A stretch of DNA of 63,969 bases, counting the filler, from Chiloscyllium plagiosum (Eukaryota), in assembly GCF_004010195.1 (NCBI RefSeq). It is 6 parts of one record of this genome, joined end to end, with 100 filler letters (N's around TTAATTAATTAA, not from the genome) between each part and the next. Parts side by side here need not be neighbours in the genome. Positions count along the whole stretch, not along the records: positions 1 to 27,757 come from NC_057715.1; positions 27,858 to 39,677 come from NC_057715.1; 4 more parts are not named here. One strand, written 5' to 3'. The position numbers and the translations under genes were made by a program. Position 1 is the stretch's first letter; every line of letters begins with the position of its first letter. The notes beneath the pieces are model-generated. The model worked only from the letters and a program-made list of their open reading frames with translations, was not told the origin of the DNA and did no database searches. Positions 26,601-39,107 of the stretch are shown one piece after another.

Positions 26601-27110
26601 ATAGTCAGTGCATGTATATGTGTGCTATAGGTTAATAACCACGATTTTCTGGGGTTTTGAAAACTGAAGCCATCATTGGGTATGAATTGTTCATTTTATT
26701 AAGTTGGGGAGGTGTCACGAATGGGTCCTTTCACAAAGTTACTGTGCCCTTGAGATTTTTTCAGAGAGGGGGTAATTGGCCGGCTATAACTAGGCTGGGT
26801 TTGAAAGGTTTATTGGGACCCTTCTTGTTTACACCGAACAGGTAATGCCTCTGGCTGAAGGCTTTCATGTCTTAAAAAATAACTGGTATAATCAAATGGG
26901 ACTGACCAGCTAGCTGTGTAGCCAGCCTTCATTTAGATTAGAGTTCTTGGTTCAGTTCACCAGCAGTGTGTGTGAAGAGAGGCTGCTGGTTCTCTCCCTC
27001 CTTCTGCCCTTCTGACTCTGTAACCTGTAAGCATTTTGTGTCATTTTTTTATTTTTTGTGCTAAGGGGTTTGTTTATTGGGTAAGTATTTTGGAACAGCA
27101 CCATTAAGTC

Positions 27111-27892
27111 TCGCATGGTGTGTTGCCTGCCCGGTGCCAGGGTGCAGGACATCTCTGACCAGCTTGAAAGGACATTGGAGCGGGAGGGGGAGGATCCAGT
27201 TGTTGTGGTCCACGTTGGGACTAACAACATAGGCAAAGCTAGGGTGGAGGACCTGTTTGGGGATTATCAAGCACTAGGAAGGAAATTGAAGTACAGGTTC
27301 TCAAGGGTCATAATCTCCAGATTACTGTCCGAGCCACGTGCCATTTGGCACAGGGATAAGGAAATTAGGGAAGTAAACACGTGGCTAAGAGATTGGTGTG
27401 GGAAAGAGGGATTCCATTTCATGGGGCATTGGCATCAGTTTTGGAACCGGGGGGATCTGTACCGTTGGGACGGTCTCCACCAATGTTCTAGCAAAGAGGA
27501 TAAATAGGGTGGTCAGTAGGACTTTAAACTTCTGAGTTGGGGAGAAGGGGAAGTGAAAGCGACAGGGAACATGGAGTTAAATGGAAAGATAAGCGGCAGG
27601 ATAACATATGTGCAGGCAGATTTAAACTTGAGACAGACTGGGAATGCAGCAAAAAGGAAGGATAACTTAGGACATCTTATGACTTCCAATATCTCTAACG
27701 ATAAGAAAGTTAGCATTAGGGCACTTTACCTGAATGCTTGTAGCATTCGTAATAAAGNNNNNNNNNNNNNNNNNNNNNNNNNNNNNNNNNNNNNNNNNNN
27801 NTTAATTAATTAANNNNNNNNNNNNNNNNNNNNNNNNNNNNNNNNNNNNNNNNNNNNTTGCTTCCACTCCTATGTCTTATGGTCTTATGGTC
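27111..27892 (+). mobile_element. CR1 LINE (ORF1 esterase, start of ORF2 endonuclease, 3' tail) spanning an assembly gap
   Basis: CLPGARVQD...HVGTNN...DGLH SGNH/esterase ORF1; LYLNACSIRNK APE start; (CTTATGGT)n-like tail after the gap; TSD TTAAGTC at 27104-27110 and 27893-27899. Confidence 0.85.
27758..27857. other. Assembly gap linker (same at 39678-39777, 53396-53495, 57595-57694, 60850-60949)
   Basis: N44-TTAATTAATTAA-N44, a fixed 100-nt linker with stops in all six frames. Confidence 0.97.
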
Positions 27893-29177
27893 TTAAGTCA
27901 GGATAGTCTGTTGTGTTCGGATAGAATATGTTATTTGGGTATTCTATTTTTTGGTTCGTGGTGTTTCACTCTGTAATTTTGTAAATAAATTCTGTTTGTT
28001 TAAAACTTGGCAGTCGGACCAGCTAATTCACTCTGGGAGTATCCACTGTACACTTACCTGAAACAAATAGCAAAGTTACATTGTTACAAAAATGTTTTGA
28101 GGGGTCGGGCCTGGTCCATTATAACAGTAATAATCATTTTCCATTATTTCCTCCACCTCCACTGTCAAGCACATCTTCCCCTCTCAATCCCTTTCAAAAT
28201 TGCAAAAGGATGGTTATGCATGTCATAGCCTGCTCCAAATGTCCAATAATACCATAAGAAATAGTAACAGGACTAGACCATTTAGTCTCTCGAACCTATT
28301 CCACCTTCAAATAGGATTATGGCTGATCCGACATTCCTCATGTTAATGTTCCTGCCCTTTCCCTATAATCCTTGATTCACCTGATGATCAATAATATATC
28401 TGTTTCATCCTTAAATATACACAAAGACTCTGCTTGCACAGCTCTCTGTGGTAAGGAGTTACAACGACTCACAATCCTCCAGGAATCACAATTCCTCCTC
28501 ATTCCAATCTTATGTTGGCAGCCCATAACTTTGAGACTATACCCTCTGGTTCTTGACTCTCCCATGAGGAGAAACATCCTCTCAACATTTACAATCGCCA
28601 ACACCATGCCAGCTATCTATGGCACTGTTCCATGTAAGCACAGGAGATGTAACAACTGTCCAAGACTCTAAACAGTGCCTCCAAGTGAAGTAATGTACAA
28701 ATCTTTCAATTGCCCAATATTTGCTGCTCATAATTCCAAATCCTCTCCAAGTAACAGGAACCAAATGTATGTTTGCTTATCAGTCTGCTGTTCACCTGTC
28801 TTCAGTCCATTATATTTGTTCCCAAGCTTTCTGTGACTTGTTAGTTCAACCCTCCACCCTGATACCTTGCGGATCTCTCTGTCCTCAGCCTGCTGCCTTG
28901 ACCCAGTCACTCTCAACGTATCCTTGAGGAACAGCATGTCATTTTTCAATTAGCACTTCACAGCCTTCTGATCTCTGACTGTAAGTTCTGTCCTTCACCT
29001 TCATTTTGTTTCATTTCCTTTCCATATTTCAGTTTTTGTCTTATTTTTGTCTTTTGGTAGCACATGTACTGTGGTCACATATTTTGTTTCTTTGTTTGTT
29101 TTCTTAGTCAACTGGTTACATTGGTTAGAAATCCTTTGCCCTGAATCTTTTCAGTGGTGGACGGTTGACAGCACACA

Positions 29178-29505
29178 TAGAATCCCTATTGTGCGGGATG
29201 AGGCCATTTGGCCCTTCAAGTCTATGTCAACCCTTGGAAGAGCATCCAGCCCAGACTCTTACCCTATTCCCGTAACCTTGCATTTACTATTGCTAAACCA
29301 TCTCACCTGCATAACCCTGGACACTACGGGACTAATTAGCATGGCCAATGAACCTAATGTGTGCATCTTTGGACTATAGGTGGAAACTGGAGCAGACAGG
29401 TGCAAAACTGCAAACTCCTGACAGACAGTCACCCGAAGGTAGAATCATACTATGGATCCTTGTACCATGAGGCAGCAGTGCTAACCACAGTGATACCTCA
29501 TGCCA
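29178..29505 (-). mobile_element. Old HE1-type SINE
   Basis: Diverged match to the other copies. Confidence 0.7.
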
Positions 29506-29785
29506 CAAACAGAATGAGAGAGTGCAGTTCTCTACTTGCAGTCCAGGGGTGTTTAATGACCATTCTCAAATGGTGACCTTCACAGCATACACTAGTCCAC
29601 ACACTAAGACAATGAGCCATTAAACACACAGATCAGATTGAAGTTCTCTTAGAACCACAGTGAAATAACTGTACAAAAGCCAGTAACCTGTCACCAAGTC
29701 ACCCTTTAATTACTTGTGTGCAATACACTGGCTGTGGCCAGCCAGCTCAGAGTCAGTGCCTGAATTGAAGAGATTCTGAATCCCC

Positions 29786-30706
29786 TTTCTTTTTTGAAGA
29801 ACAACAAGTGTGTAGATATTTATATTCCACCACCAGGAAGAAAGGAAACACCTGAGTGGCCAGTGGCAAGCAGTGCCCTTCTCAAAGTGCAATGCTGCAT
29901 GATCAAACAGTGAAGGGGAGGGCAGGGATTAAATCAAAATAGAGTTGGAGGGGGAAATAATACACTCCACTCCCTGCGGTGTCCACCTTTCTGTGAAAAT
30001 ATCCCCTTTATTTCTTTTTTCTTTTTTAAAAGGGAGTGCAAATGCCCACAACCCAATCTCCTAGTTATATGTTATTTTATTTACCCCCCACACTACCGTT
30101 TAACTGTGGTCGTACTTATTTTTTCCCCAGCACCCATGTTGTGTGTGTGTAGGTGTGAGACACAGTGAAAGGCACAAGGTGCACGAATCTTTATTCAGTT
30201 TCCACCACCAGGAAGATAGGAAAACACCCGAGTGGCCAGTGACAAGCAGTGCCCTTCACATCAAAGGGCAATGCTGTGTGATCAAACAGTGAAGGGGAGG
30301 GCAGGGATTAAATCAATATAGAGTTGGAGGGGGAAATAAAACACTCCACTCCCTGCGGCGCACACCTTTCCGTGAAAATATCCTCTGTTTATTTTTTATT
30401 ATTTTAACCCCTACACTACCACCTAAGTGCGGTAGTGCTTATTTTTGCCCCAGCACTCATGGTTTGTGTACAGGTGTGAGACACAGTGAAAGACACAAAG
30501 TGCACGAATCTTTATTCAAATTCCACCACCAGGAAGATAGGAAAACATCCGAGTGGCCTGTGACAAGTAGTGCCCTTCACATCAAAGGGCAATGCTGTGT
30601 GATCAAACAGTGAAGGAGAGGTCAGGGATTAAATCAAAATAGAGTTGGAGGGGGAAATAAAACACTCCACTCCCTGCGGCGCTCACCTTTCCGTGAAAAT
30701 ATCCTC
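29786..30706 (-). repeat. Three head-to-tail ~320-375 bp units, likely Tx1-like LINE 3' ends, inside a probable solo LTR (~29610-30799)
   Basis: CCACCACCAGGAAG recurs at ~29827, 30202 and 30523. Minus strand of each unit encodes DIFTER(W/C/*)(A/T)PQGVEC(F/I)ISPSNSILI*, then a 3' UTR and A-rich tail. Confidence 0.7.
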
Positions 30707-30945
30707 TGTTTATATCTGTCAGCCAGGGCTCCCTGACTGGCCCAGGTTAACAACTCCAACCTCACGGTTAATAATATCCACCTGGTTCCAGCCACTACAC
30801 CCAGTTTTGTGTAACGCTGGAAGGGAGCACACACGTATCTGCAGGAAATATCCTTCTCCAGAGAGGAGGCTTGGTTAGTTAGCCTCTACTTATCTTTGAA
30901 GTTTCAATTTTTCCATTTGAGGCTTTCTTGACACTGTACACATGT

Positions 30946-31040
30946 CGAGAAAGTGAGGACTGCAGATGTCTGAAACGTCGATTCTCCTGCTCCTTGGATG
31001 CTGCCTGACCCGCTGCGCTTTTCCAGCAACACATTTTCAG
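30946..31040. mobile_element. Rearranged family A element
   Basis: Short inverted piece plus body; 14-bp TSD CACTGTACACATGT at 30932-30945 and 31041-31054. Confidence 0.75.
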
Positions 31041-32829
31041 CACTGTACACATGTGACATTCCAGAATTTCTCTGCAGACAATCACTGAATTTCAGTCCAT
31101 AGTCAACATTTGGTGATATCTCCTGTTTGAACAAAACGCGTACATGTTGCAATTAAGTTTGATGTGTCAGGACGTGATGTGGGGAAAAGGTCTGTGGCCA
31201 TGACACTGCAGGCATTGGAGCTCACAGTTCAAAGCCTGGCATCCTGATAGCTGGATTGGTGTCTTCATTCTGCCATAGTCCGCTCTGCCAGCTACATTTC
31301 GTGGCTGTACCTTGTTAAAAATTCAACAACAAGGGCTATCTATTGATGACATTGTTCACAGCTCCAGTTTGGAACCCATGAATACGTGTGCAGTACAAAT
31401 CTAATGGGAGCCATGTTGCCACAGGAAATATGAGAGAGCAAGCCATTGATGTGCTGATGGTTCTATTGATTGAACAACCCTAAAGGAATCCTGAGATACC
31501 TGAAAGAGGGAAAAGACACACGATGGTGACTCAGGCTAAGGATCAGCTCTTAAAGAGTCTGTTATGTTAAAAAAAATCCTAAAACCAAAACTTCTGTAGA
31601 ATCCAAAACTTCTGTAACTAAATTCAAATGGCCAAGTGTCTCAGGTAGAATTTGCATTTGTGAAAAATCAAAATTAATATATTTATTCATGTTTGAGGTG
31701 GAAAAAATGAAACTAAAGTGCTAATTACATTTTGTTAATATTTTATTTTATTTACTGAATTATCTTTCTTTTACTATCATTTTTTCAATAACATAATTTT
31801 AAATGCAAAATTTAACTTAAGATTTGTGGAATTAAGACAAATGTTTCATGTGAACCATAATTCTCATGGTTATAAAAAGCATGAAAATGTGTTGCTGGAA
31901 ACATTGTGAATTCTATATCATTTCGTCTATCACAGATTCATAAACCCCTTTCCTCGAATCAAAGGCATATCTGCAACCCTGTTGTGGTTGTCAGCATATT
32001 CACAGGGTAACTGTTTAGAAGAGTTTTAAAGAGTACATACAGCACTGTGAGTGCATTTCCCATGGTATGGTCTGTTGTGGTTCAAGAAAGTGGCTGTTGT
32101 CTACCTTCAATACTGAACTTAACCATGATCAATAAATGTTGGCTCAGCCAACGATGTTCACATTCTGTGAATGAACTTAAAAGAATGCTGGTGGAAGATT
32201 TCTGACTGTCGGTGGAGGAGACTATAGGTGACCATGCTAGACAACCTCAAGCAACACTGGGTCTAAGTGTCTGGGTTTCTGACTGCACCATTATACCACG
32301 GATGGCATGAAACAACAATGATTCTCAAGGAGTGATAGTGGTGGGAACATGAGTGGTATCTTTATGTTTTGTACTCAATGCAGACATGGCCATTTCCACA
32401 GGAGAATGTTTTGACAATCCTGATAATCTCCTGGAGGATGCAATGATATTCTGCATGTCCCTGTGAGTGTTGATGTTAACTAGTCTGAATTTTCCTCATG
32501 GCAAGCTAACCTTGTACAAAATCAGTCTGAATTTGTAATATTGTATGCAGAATTTGGTGGGAAGTACTCATTCTGAAATGGAAGCTGAGTCATTGACCAT
32601 CAGAAGCTGCCTCCTGGTTGGGTTCATAAATCATAGAGTTAGAGAATTGTTTTGCAACATGGAAAGAGGTCTTTCAGCCCATCGCATTCCACTGAACATC
32701 AAACATCTACCTATTCTAATCCCATCTTCCAGCACTTGGCCTGTGGCCTTGTAAGCTATGGCTTTTGAAGTGCTCAGCCAAATAGTTCTTAAATATCTTG
32801 AGGGTTCCTGCCTGTACCACTCTCTGGGT

Positions 32830-33025
32830 AGGGTATTGGTTAGCTCAGTTGGCTGGATGGCTGGTTGTCGATGCAGACTGATGCCAACAGTGTGGCTTTA
32901 ATTCCCATACCAGCTGAGATTACCATGATGAACTCTCCTTCTTAACCTCTCCCCTTTCCTGAGGTTACATGGCCACCAGTCATCTCTCTAATTGGAGAGC
33001 AGCCCTATTGTCTGGAGAGACTTTA
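32830..33025 (+). mobile_element. tRNA-derived SINE (non-HE1)
   Basis: TTAGCTCAGTTGG A box and decayed B box. Confidence 0.6.
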
Positions 33026-33039
33026 CCATTACTCTCTTG

Positions 33040-33445
33040 GTGAATCCCCCCTAAATCCCCCCTAAATGTCATGGTCCTTACGTACAAAATGTGCCTCCGG
33101 GTTTTTGACTCCACTACTAAGGGGAAACGTTTCTCCTTATCTGCCCCAGCTACGCCTCTCTTAACTTCAACACCTCAATCAGATTCCTTTCAGCCCTTCT
33201 CTGCTCAGAGGTAAACAACCCCTGTCTGTCTAGTCTCTCTTCATAGCTGAATTACTCCAGCCTAAGCACCCTCTGATGAATCTCCTGTACACTCTCTGCA
33301 GTACAATCATATCTTTCCCATAGTGTAATGACCAGAACTGCTTGCAGTATTCCAGCCGGCACATTACTAATCTCATGTACAGCTCCATCATAAAATATTT
33401 GGTCTTGTACTCAATGTCTTTACTCATCAAGGCGAGTACCAATAA
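33040..33445 (-). mobile_element. CR1 3' fragment
   Basis: LYMRLVMCRLEYCKQFW. Confidence 0.75.
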
Positions 33446-34714
33446 GTCTTGATAAGTGTGGAGAGGGTGTGGGTCATCAGTTCTCTCGTGGAATTTGGAC
33501 CATATTCTTTGAAAGCTATATCAAGTTGGTGCTGGACATCTTCAGGTTTCTTGACATTGATCTTAACTTTTCCAACAGGTTTCCCAATGCACTTCCCAAT
33601 GTTTTATTGCATATGCCAATCAGTGTGCTTCAGTAGCTGGACCGCTTAAAAGTCCTCATCTCAGGTCTGAACAGCAAAACTCAAGCATGAACCAAAAGTG
33701 CTCTTGCCTCATGTCTGGTTGCAACACACACTTGTATCCAGTGTTTCACCAGCCAGTATACTGCCCAGTAATATCAGATACATGCACCATCAGTAACTGT
33801 CTTAGTATCTGAATTGGTGGTGATGAGTGTGAAATCAAGTGGAGGAATGACCTTACAGAGGTTTATAAAATCATGAGTGGCATGAATAGGGTGAACAGCC
33901 AAGGTCTTTTCCCTAGGGTAGGGGCACCCAAAACTAGACGGCATAGGTTTAAGGTGAGAGGAAAAGGTTTAAATGGTCCTAAGGGCAACTTTTCACACAG
34001 AGGGTGATGTGTGTATGGAATGAACTGCCAGATGCTGGTACAATTACAACATTTAAAAGGCATCTGGATGAGTATATGAATAACAAGGGTTTAGAGGGAT
34101 ACTGGCTCAAATGCTGGCAGACGGAGTTTGACTAGAAGTGTTTCCATGTTGCACATTTTAATGGCTCTACGTGTTTTTACTATTAATGTTCCTGAACTAT
34201 CTGCATAGGTTGTACATTTTGGGAATATGAAAGGAAAAAAGGCACAAGAATAACATTGTACTGAGCAAAGAGACAAAAATAAATACATATTATCACTTGC
34301 TGGTGAGTGTGAATGAGATGAGATTTAATTTTATTCTTTCAGAAGAGGTGGGGTATCACTAGCTAATCCAGTATTTGTTGCTCATTTATAATTTCTCTTG
34401 AGAAGGTATTGGTGAGCCTTGAATCCTTTGAATTGTTGTACTCCTTGGAATGTAGCGACAACCACAACGCTGTTAGGAATGGAATTCCAGAATTTTGACC
34501 TCGTGACAGTGAAGGAACGGCGATATATTTTTGCATCAAGATGGCGTGTGGCTTGAAGGGGAACTCATAGGTAATGGTGTTGCCATGTCTCTCTGTTGGC
34601 CTTATCCCTTTCAGTCATACAGATCATGAGTTTGGAAGAAAATTGAGAATATACTGAAATTACTAAGTAGGTCAGGAAGTAGCAAAACAGAGTTAATATT
34701 TCAAGTGATTGAGA

Positions 34715-35560
34715 TCAGCAGCACAGATAAAGGCCCTTTGCTCCATCAGATCTGTGTCAGTCAAAAGCAACCACATAGCTATTCTAATCTTATTTTTCAA
34801 CACTTAGCTCATAGCCTTGTATGCCTTGGCATCACAGTGCATATCGAAATGTTTCTTAAATATAATGAGGGTTTACACCTCTACCACCCTTAAAGGCAGT
34901 AATTCCCACCATTGTCTGGGTGAAAGAATTTTCCCTCACTTCTCCTCTGAAGCTTCTGCCTTTACCTAGAATCTATGTCCTCTGGTCATTGATCCCTCCA
35001 TCAAGAGGAACAGTTCCTTCTTGTCTACGCCTCTCATAATTTTATACATTTCAAAAATGTTCCCTCTCAGTCTTCTCTGCTCTAAGGAAAGCAAACCCAG
35101 TTTGTCCAATCTCTCTTCATAAGTAAAACTCTCCATTCCAGGCAACAACTTAATAAATCTTCCCCACATCCTCTCCAATGCAATCACACTCCTTCTACAA
35201 TGTGGATTCCAGAACTGTACATAATACTCAAACTGTGGCCTCCTTGTTCTTAAACCCCATGCTTTGGCTAATAAGGGCATGTATCCCATAGGCCTTCTTA
35301 ACCACTTCATCCACCTGTCCTGCTACCTGACAGGACCAGTGTACATGCACACCAAGGTCCATCTAAATCCTGGTGCCTCCCAGGGTCCTACTGCTCATCA
35401 TATATACCCTTGCCTTGTACCCCAGTGTATCATCTGGCATTTATCTGGCAGAATTGCATTTGGCACTGATCAGCCCATCTGAATCTGAGGTTATCATCCT
35501 CACTATTTACTACCCTACCAATTTTTGCAAGATCTGTGAATTTACTGATCAACTCTCCTA
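34715..35560 (-). mobile_element. CR1 3' fragment
   Basis: EYYVQFWNPH...LERMWGRF...LEQRRLRG. Confidence 0.85.
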
Positions 35561-35782
35561 TATTCATGTCTCAATCAAAATCAGATGATCAGAATACAAA
35601 AAGGGTGGAAATGTTCGACCCAGTAAAAGTGCAGAGAGAGGCTGGAAGATTGAAAGGAAAAGTCTAGGATAAGGTGAAGGGCAGGAGAAATTAAACAGTA
35701 AAATATTTCCTTATACTACAACTATGGAGAATGGTAGCGAGTATTCTAAGAAAACAAAGGTTGTCTCTAAACAAGGCTTGAA

Positions 35783-36078
35783 TAGATTAGATTACTTACA
35801 GTGTGAAAACAGGCCCTTCAGCCGAACAAGTCCACACTGACCCTCCGAAGAGCAACCCACCCAGACCCATTCCCCTACACTTATCCCTGCACCTAACACT
35901 ACGGGCAATTTAGCATGGCCAATTCACCTAACCTACACATCTTTGGGCTATGGGAGAAAACCGGAGCACCCGGACAGAATATGCAAACTCCACACAGACA
36001 GTTGCCCGAGGCAGGAATTGAACCCATGTCTCTAGTGCTGTGAGGCAGCAGTGCTAACGACTGTGCCACTGTGTCGCC
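35783..36078 (-). mobile_element. HE1-type SINE
   Basis: Homologous to the other copies. Confidence 0.85.
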
Positions 36079-36299
36079 TGTTAGTGATCATCTGATTGCA
36101 AAGAGGTGAGAAAGAAACACAAGGCCAATCCAATGATCAAAAGGAAAAAGCAAAAAATAAAAAGGAAAGACAAAAAGAAAAAAAAAACAAAGCATACAAG
36201 ATTGCAGCTGAGATTATGATTTAAAGTCTTTGAATTCAATGCTGAGCCCTGAAGATTATCGGGTGCTTCGTTGAAAGATCAGGTGCTGTTCCTCAAGTC

Positions 36300-37475
36300 G
36301 TAGAATCACACAGCACAGAAACAAACCCTTCGGCTCAACACGTTCATGCCAACCAGGTTTCCGAAGCTAAACTAGTCTCATTTTCCTACTTGGTCCATGT
36401 CCCTCTAAACTTTTCCTATACATGTACTTGTCCAATTGTCTTTAAAATGTTGTAATTGTACTCATCTCTACCACTTCCTTGGGTCACTTTTAGATCCTTC
36501 TCCTCTCACTTTATAAAATTGCTGTCAAGGTTTGAACTCCCCTACCCTCAAGAAAAGACTTGTAAATCTTTGTTGCACCCTCTCCAGTATAATAACATCC
36601 TTTCTACAGCAAGGTAACCAGACTTCTGTGTAGCACTCTATATAGAGCCTTACCAGTGTCTTGTTCAGCTGTAACATGACATCCCAACTTCTGTCCTCAA
36701 TGCTCTGACCTATGGTATTGCGGCTGTACAGGACATTGGTTTGGCCACTTTTGGAGAATTACATGTATTTCTGATCTCCCTCCTGTAGGAAGGATTTATG
36801 AAATTAGAACAGGCTCAGGAAAGATTTACAAGGATGTTACAAGAAGGTTGGAGGGTTTGAGCTGCTGGGAGAGGCTGAATAGACTGGGGCTATTTTCCCT
36901 GGAGTGTCGGTGGCTGAGGGGTGACCTTATAGCAGTTTATAAAATCATGAGGAGCACAAGATAAGAGCCCTTCTATCCAAATGCAGGAGGTGCAGTTCTT
37001 ATCCTCTGAGGAGCATGGATAGGCAAGGCCTTTTCCCCAGGGAGGGGGAGTCCAAAACCAGAAGGCATAGGTTTAGGGTGAGCAGCGAAAGATATAAAAG
37101 GGACCTAAGGGGCAACTTTTTCATGCAGACGGTGGTGCGTGTATGAAATGAGCTGTGGTGGTGGAAGCTGGTACAATTATAACATTTAAACGGCATCTGG
37201 ATGGGTATATGAATAGGAGGGGTTTAGAGGGATATGGGCCAAATGCTGGCAACTGGGACAATCACCTGATGAAGGAGCATCGCTCCGAAAGCTAGTGTGC
37301 TTCCAATTAAACCTGTTGGACTATAACCTGGTGTTGTGTGATTTTTAACTTTGTACACCCCAGTCCAACACCAGCATCTCCGAATCGGGACAAGATTAGG
37401 ATAAGATATCTAGTCAGCAGGGATGAGTTGGATTGAAGGATCTGTTTCCTTGTTGCATTTCTCAATGACTCTATG
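36300..37475. mobile_element. Two CR1 3' fragments in opposite orientation
   Basis: Minus-strand piece ~36300-36710, plus-strand piece ~36715-37475. Confidence 0.75.
37262..37386 (+). mobile_element. Family B hammerhead-bearing short element
   Basis: CAC-CTGATGA-A-GGAGC-ATC-GCTCC-GAAA-GCTA-GTG; TSD GGGACAA at 37255-37261 and 37387-37393. Confidence 0.8.
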
Positions 37476-39107
37476 ATGGGAACACTGTAGTAGGCACATG
37501 GATGGAAAGGTCAGCATGGGAGCAAGGTAGAGAATTGAAATGACAAGCAACTGAAATCTCAAACTCATGCTTGAAGAGTGAATAGTGATGACTAAAAAAA
37601 GGGGTCACCCAGTCTACATTTGTCCCTTCCAATGTTAAAAATGACCACGTAATGAACATTGAATGTATTATGCTAATTGATGCAAACACAAAGAAATTCC
37701 AATCTCACTTCAGAGGATTATCTGAGACTATGGATGTTGAGGTGGGAGGTGATGAAAGGATAAGAGATGCACCTATTGTGTTTGGATAGAAGGGCTCTAT
37801 AAGCTTTATCTTGTGCTTTAAGCCAATACTGCTACCTGCACATTAAGATACCAGTCTGGTGTATCTTAGGATACGGGTATCTGCACATACAGTGTCCCCA
37901 AGGCTGCTTGCTTCTTACCTTTAAGGATCTTGCTCTAATATGTTCCATATGTACTGGAACACTCCATTTATTTAAATGCAGCTCTCTAATGTCTAAGACT
38001 TCTATCTTCACATGCCCATCCTAGACTGGAGTTCACTCTCTCACTGATGTGAGAGTAATGTACTCAGTTATGCCACTGTGATTTAAATGAAACTTGTACT
38101 ACACTGAAGGCTTTAATGGTGACTGAGGAGCAGAATAAGGTGTTGTGAAGGTCCCTTCTGGATGCTGAAAGGGTCGAGCAGGGGAAGATATGTTTAGTGC
38201 TAACATCACCCTGAAGATGGTGGAAATGTTGGCGAATGATCCATGGATGAATCATGATCTGAAGGTTGAAACCATTTTCCCTTAGAGCCCCGCAACCTGT
38301 CACAGAATACTTCATCTTTCCACTACATTCACACAGAAAGGAGTCACTCTGAACCGTTCAGTTGAATGCAGCAAAGAGTGATGGCTGTGAGAAAATTAAC
38401 CTCAACAATTGAGAAGGGGAAGGATGGAAATTTATAAATAGAAGCAGTCAGAAATGTGGTGTGTCTATTGATTTTATTCTATTGTACCTCTTGAACGTAT
38501 TTTACACAATGGCCACTTTTTTTAATTGTTCTTGGGGGTGTGGAAATTCTGCATCTTTCTCTTTCCCACAGCTAGTGACTGCATCGCCGGATCTTTTAGA
38601 ATCGATTTTCTGAAATCTCCCCCCTAAACTTCTCGAAAGCACTGCCTGACCATCTGTCAGTCTTTAAAAAGCATCCCCAAAGGACAAAAATTCATAGAGC
38701 TTGAGAGTAATAGAGTCATACAGCACGGAAACAGGCCCTTTGGTCCAACTTGTCCATGCCATCAAGGTTCCCAAATCAAACTAGTCTTATCTGCCTGCAT
38801 TTGGCCCATATCCCTCTAAACCTTTCCTATTCATGCGTCTGTCCAAATATCTTTTAAATGTAACTATATCTGCATTACCACTTCCTCTGGCAATTAATTC
38901 CACATACGAACCACCCTCTGTGTGAAACATTGCCCCTCAGGTCTCTTTTAAATCTTTCTCCTCTCATTTTAAAAATATGCTCTCTTGTTTTGAAGTCCCC
39001 TGCCCTAGGGAAAAGCCCTTTGCTCTTAATCATATCTATGACCGCTAATGTCCTATACTCCAGTGAAAAAGGTTCCAATCTATCCAGCCTCTTCTTATAA
39101 CTCTGCA

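Larger units (their letters stand above)
20304..28126 (+). mobile_element. Full-length decayed Ty3/Gypsy LTR retrotransposon, Gmr1-type (gag-PR-IN-RT-RH)
   Basis: Paired LTRs, tRNA-Pro-type PBS and PPT at 26701-26712. Gag from ATG 21068; degenerate CCHC ~22683-22727; protease LRDTGSSQS ~22950; integrase SDQGSNF...ESQGVLER ~24310-24430 and GPY ~24910; RT YIDD ~25725; RNase H ~26130-26530. Many stops and frameshifts. Confidence 0.93.
26713..28126 (+). repeat. 3' LTR of the Gypsy element, interrupted by a CR1 insertion and gap
   Basis: TGTCAC follows the PPT; homology to the 5' LTR runs 26713-27110 and resumes 27893-28126 (ATAACA). Confidence 0.88.

Noticed and set aside
27802..27813. Recurrent TTAATTAATTAA motif
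   Set aside because: Artificial scaffold linker centred in every gap.
32300..32625. Possible RTE LINE relic
   Set aside because: Only a faint motif resemblance; too decayed to support.
38570..38640. Strong + strand acceptor tctttcccacag
   Set aside because: The phase-0 and phase-1 frames stop quickly and no donor is evident.
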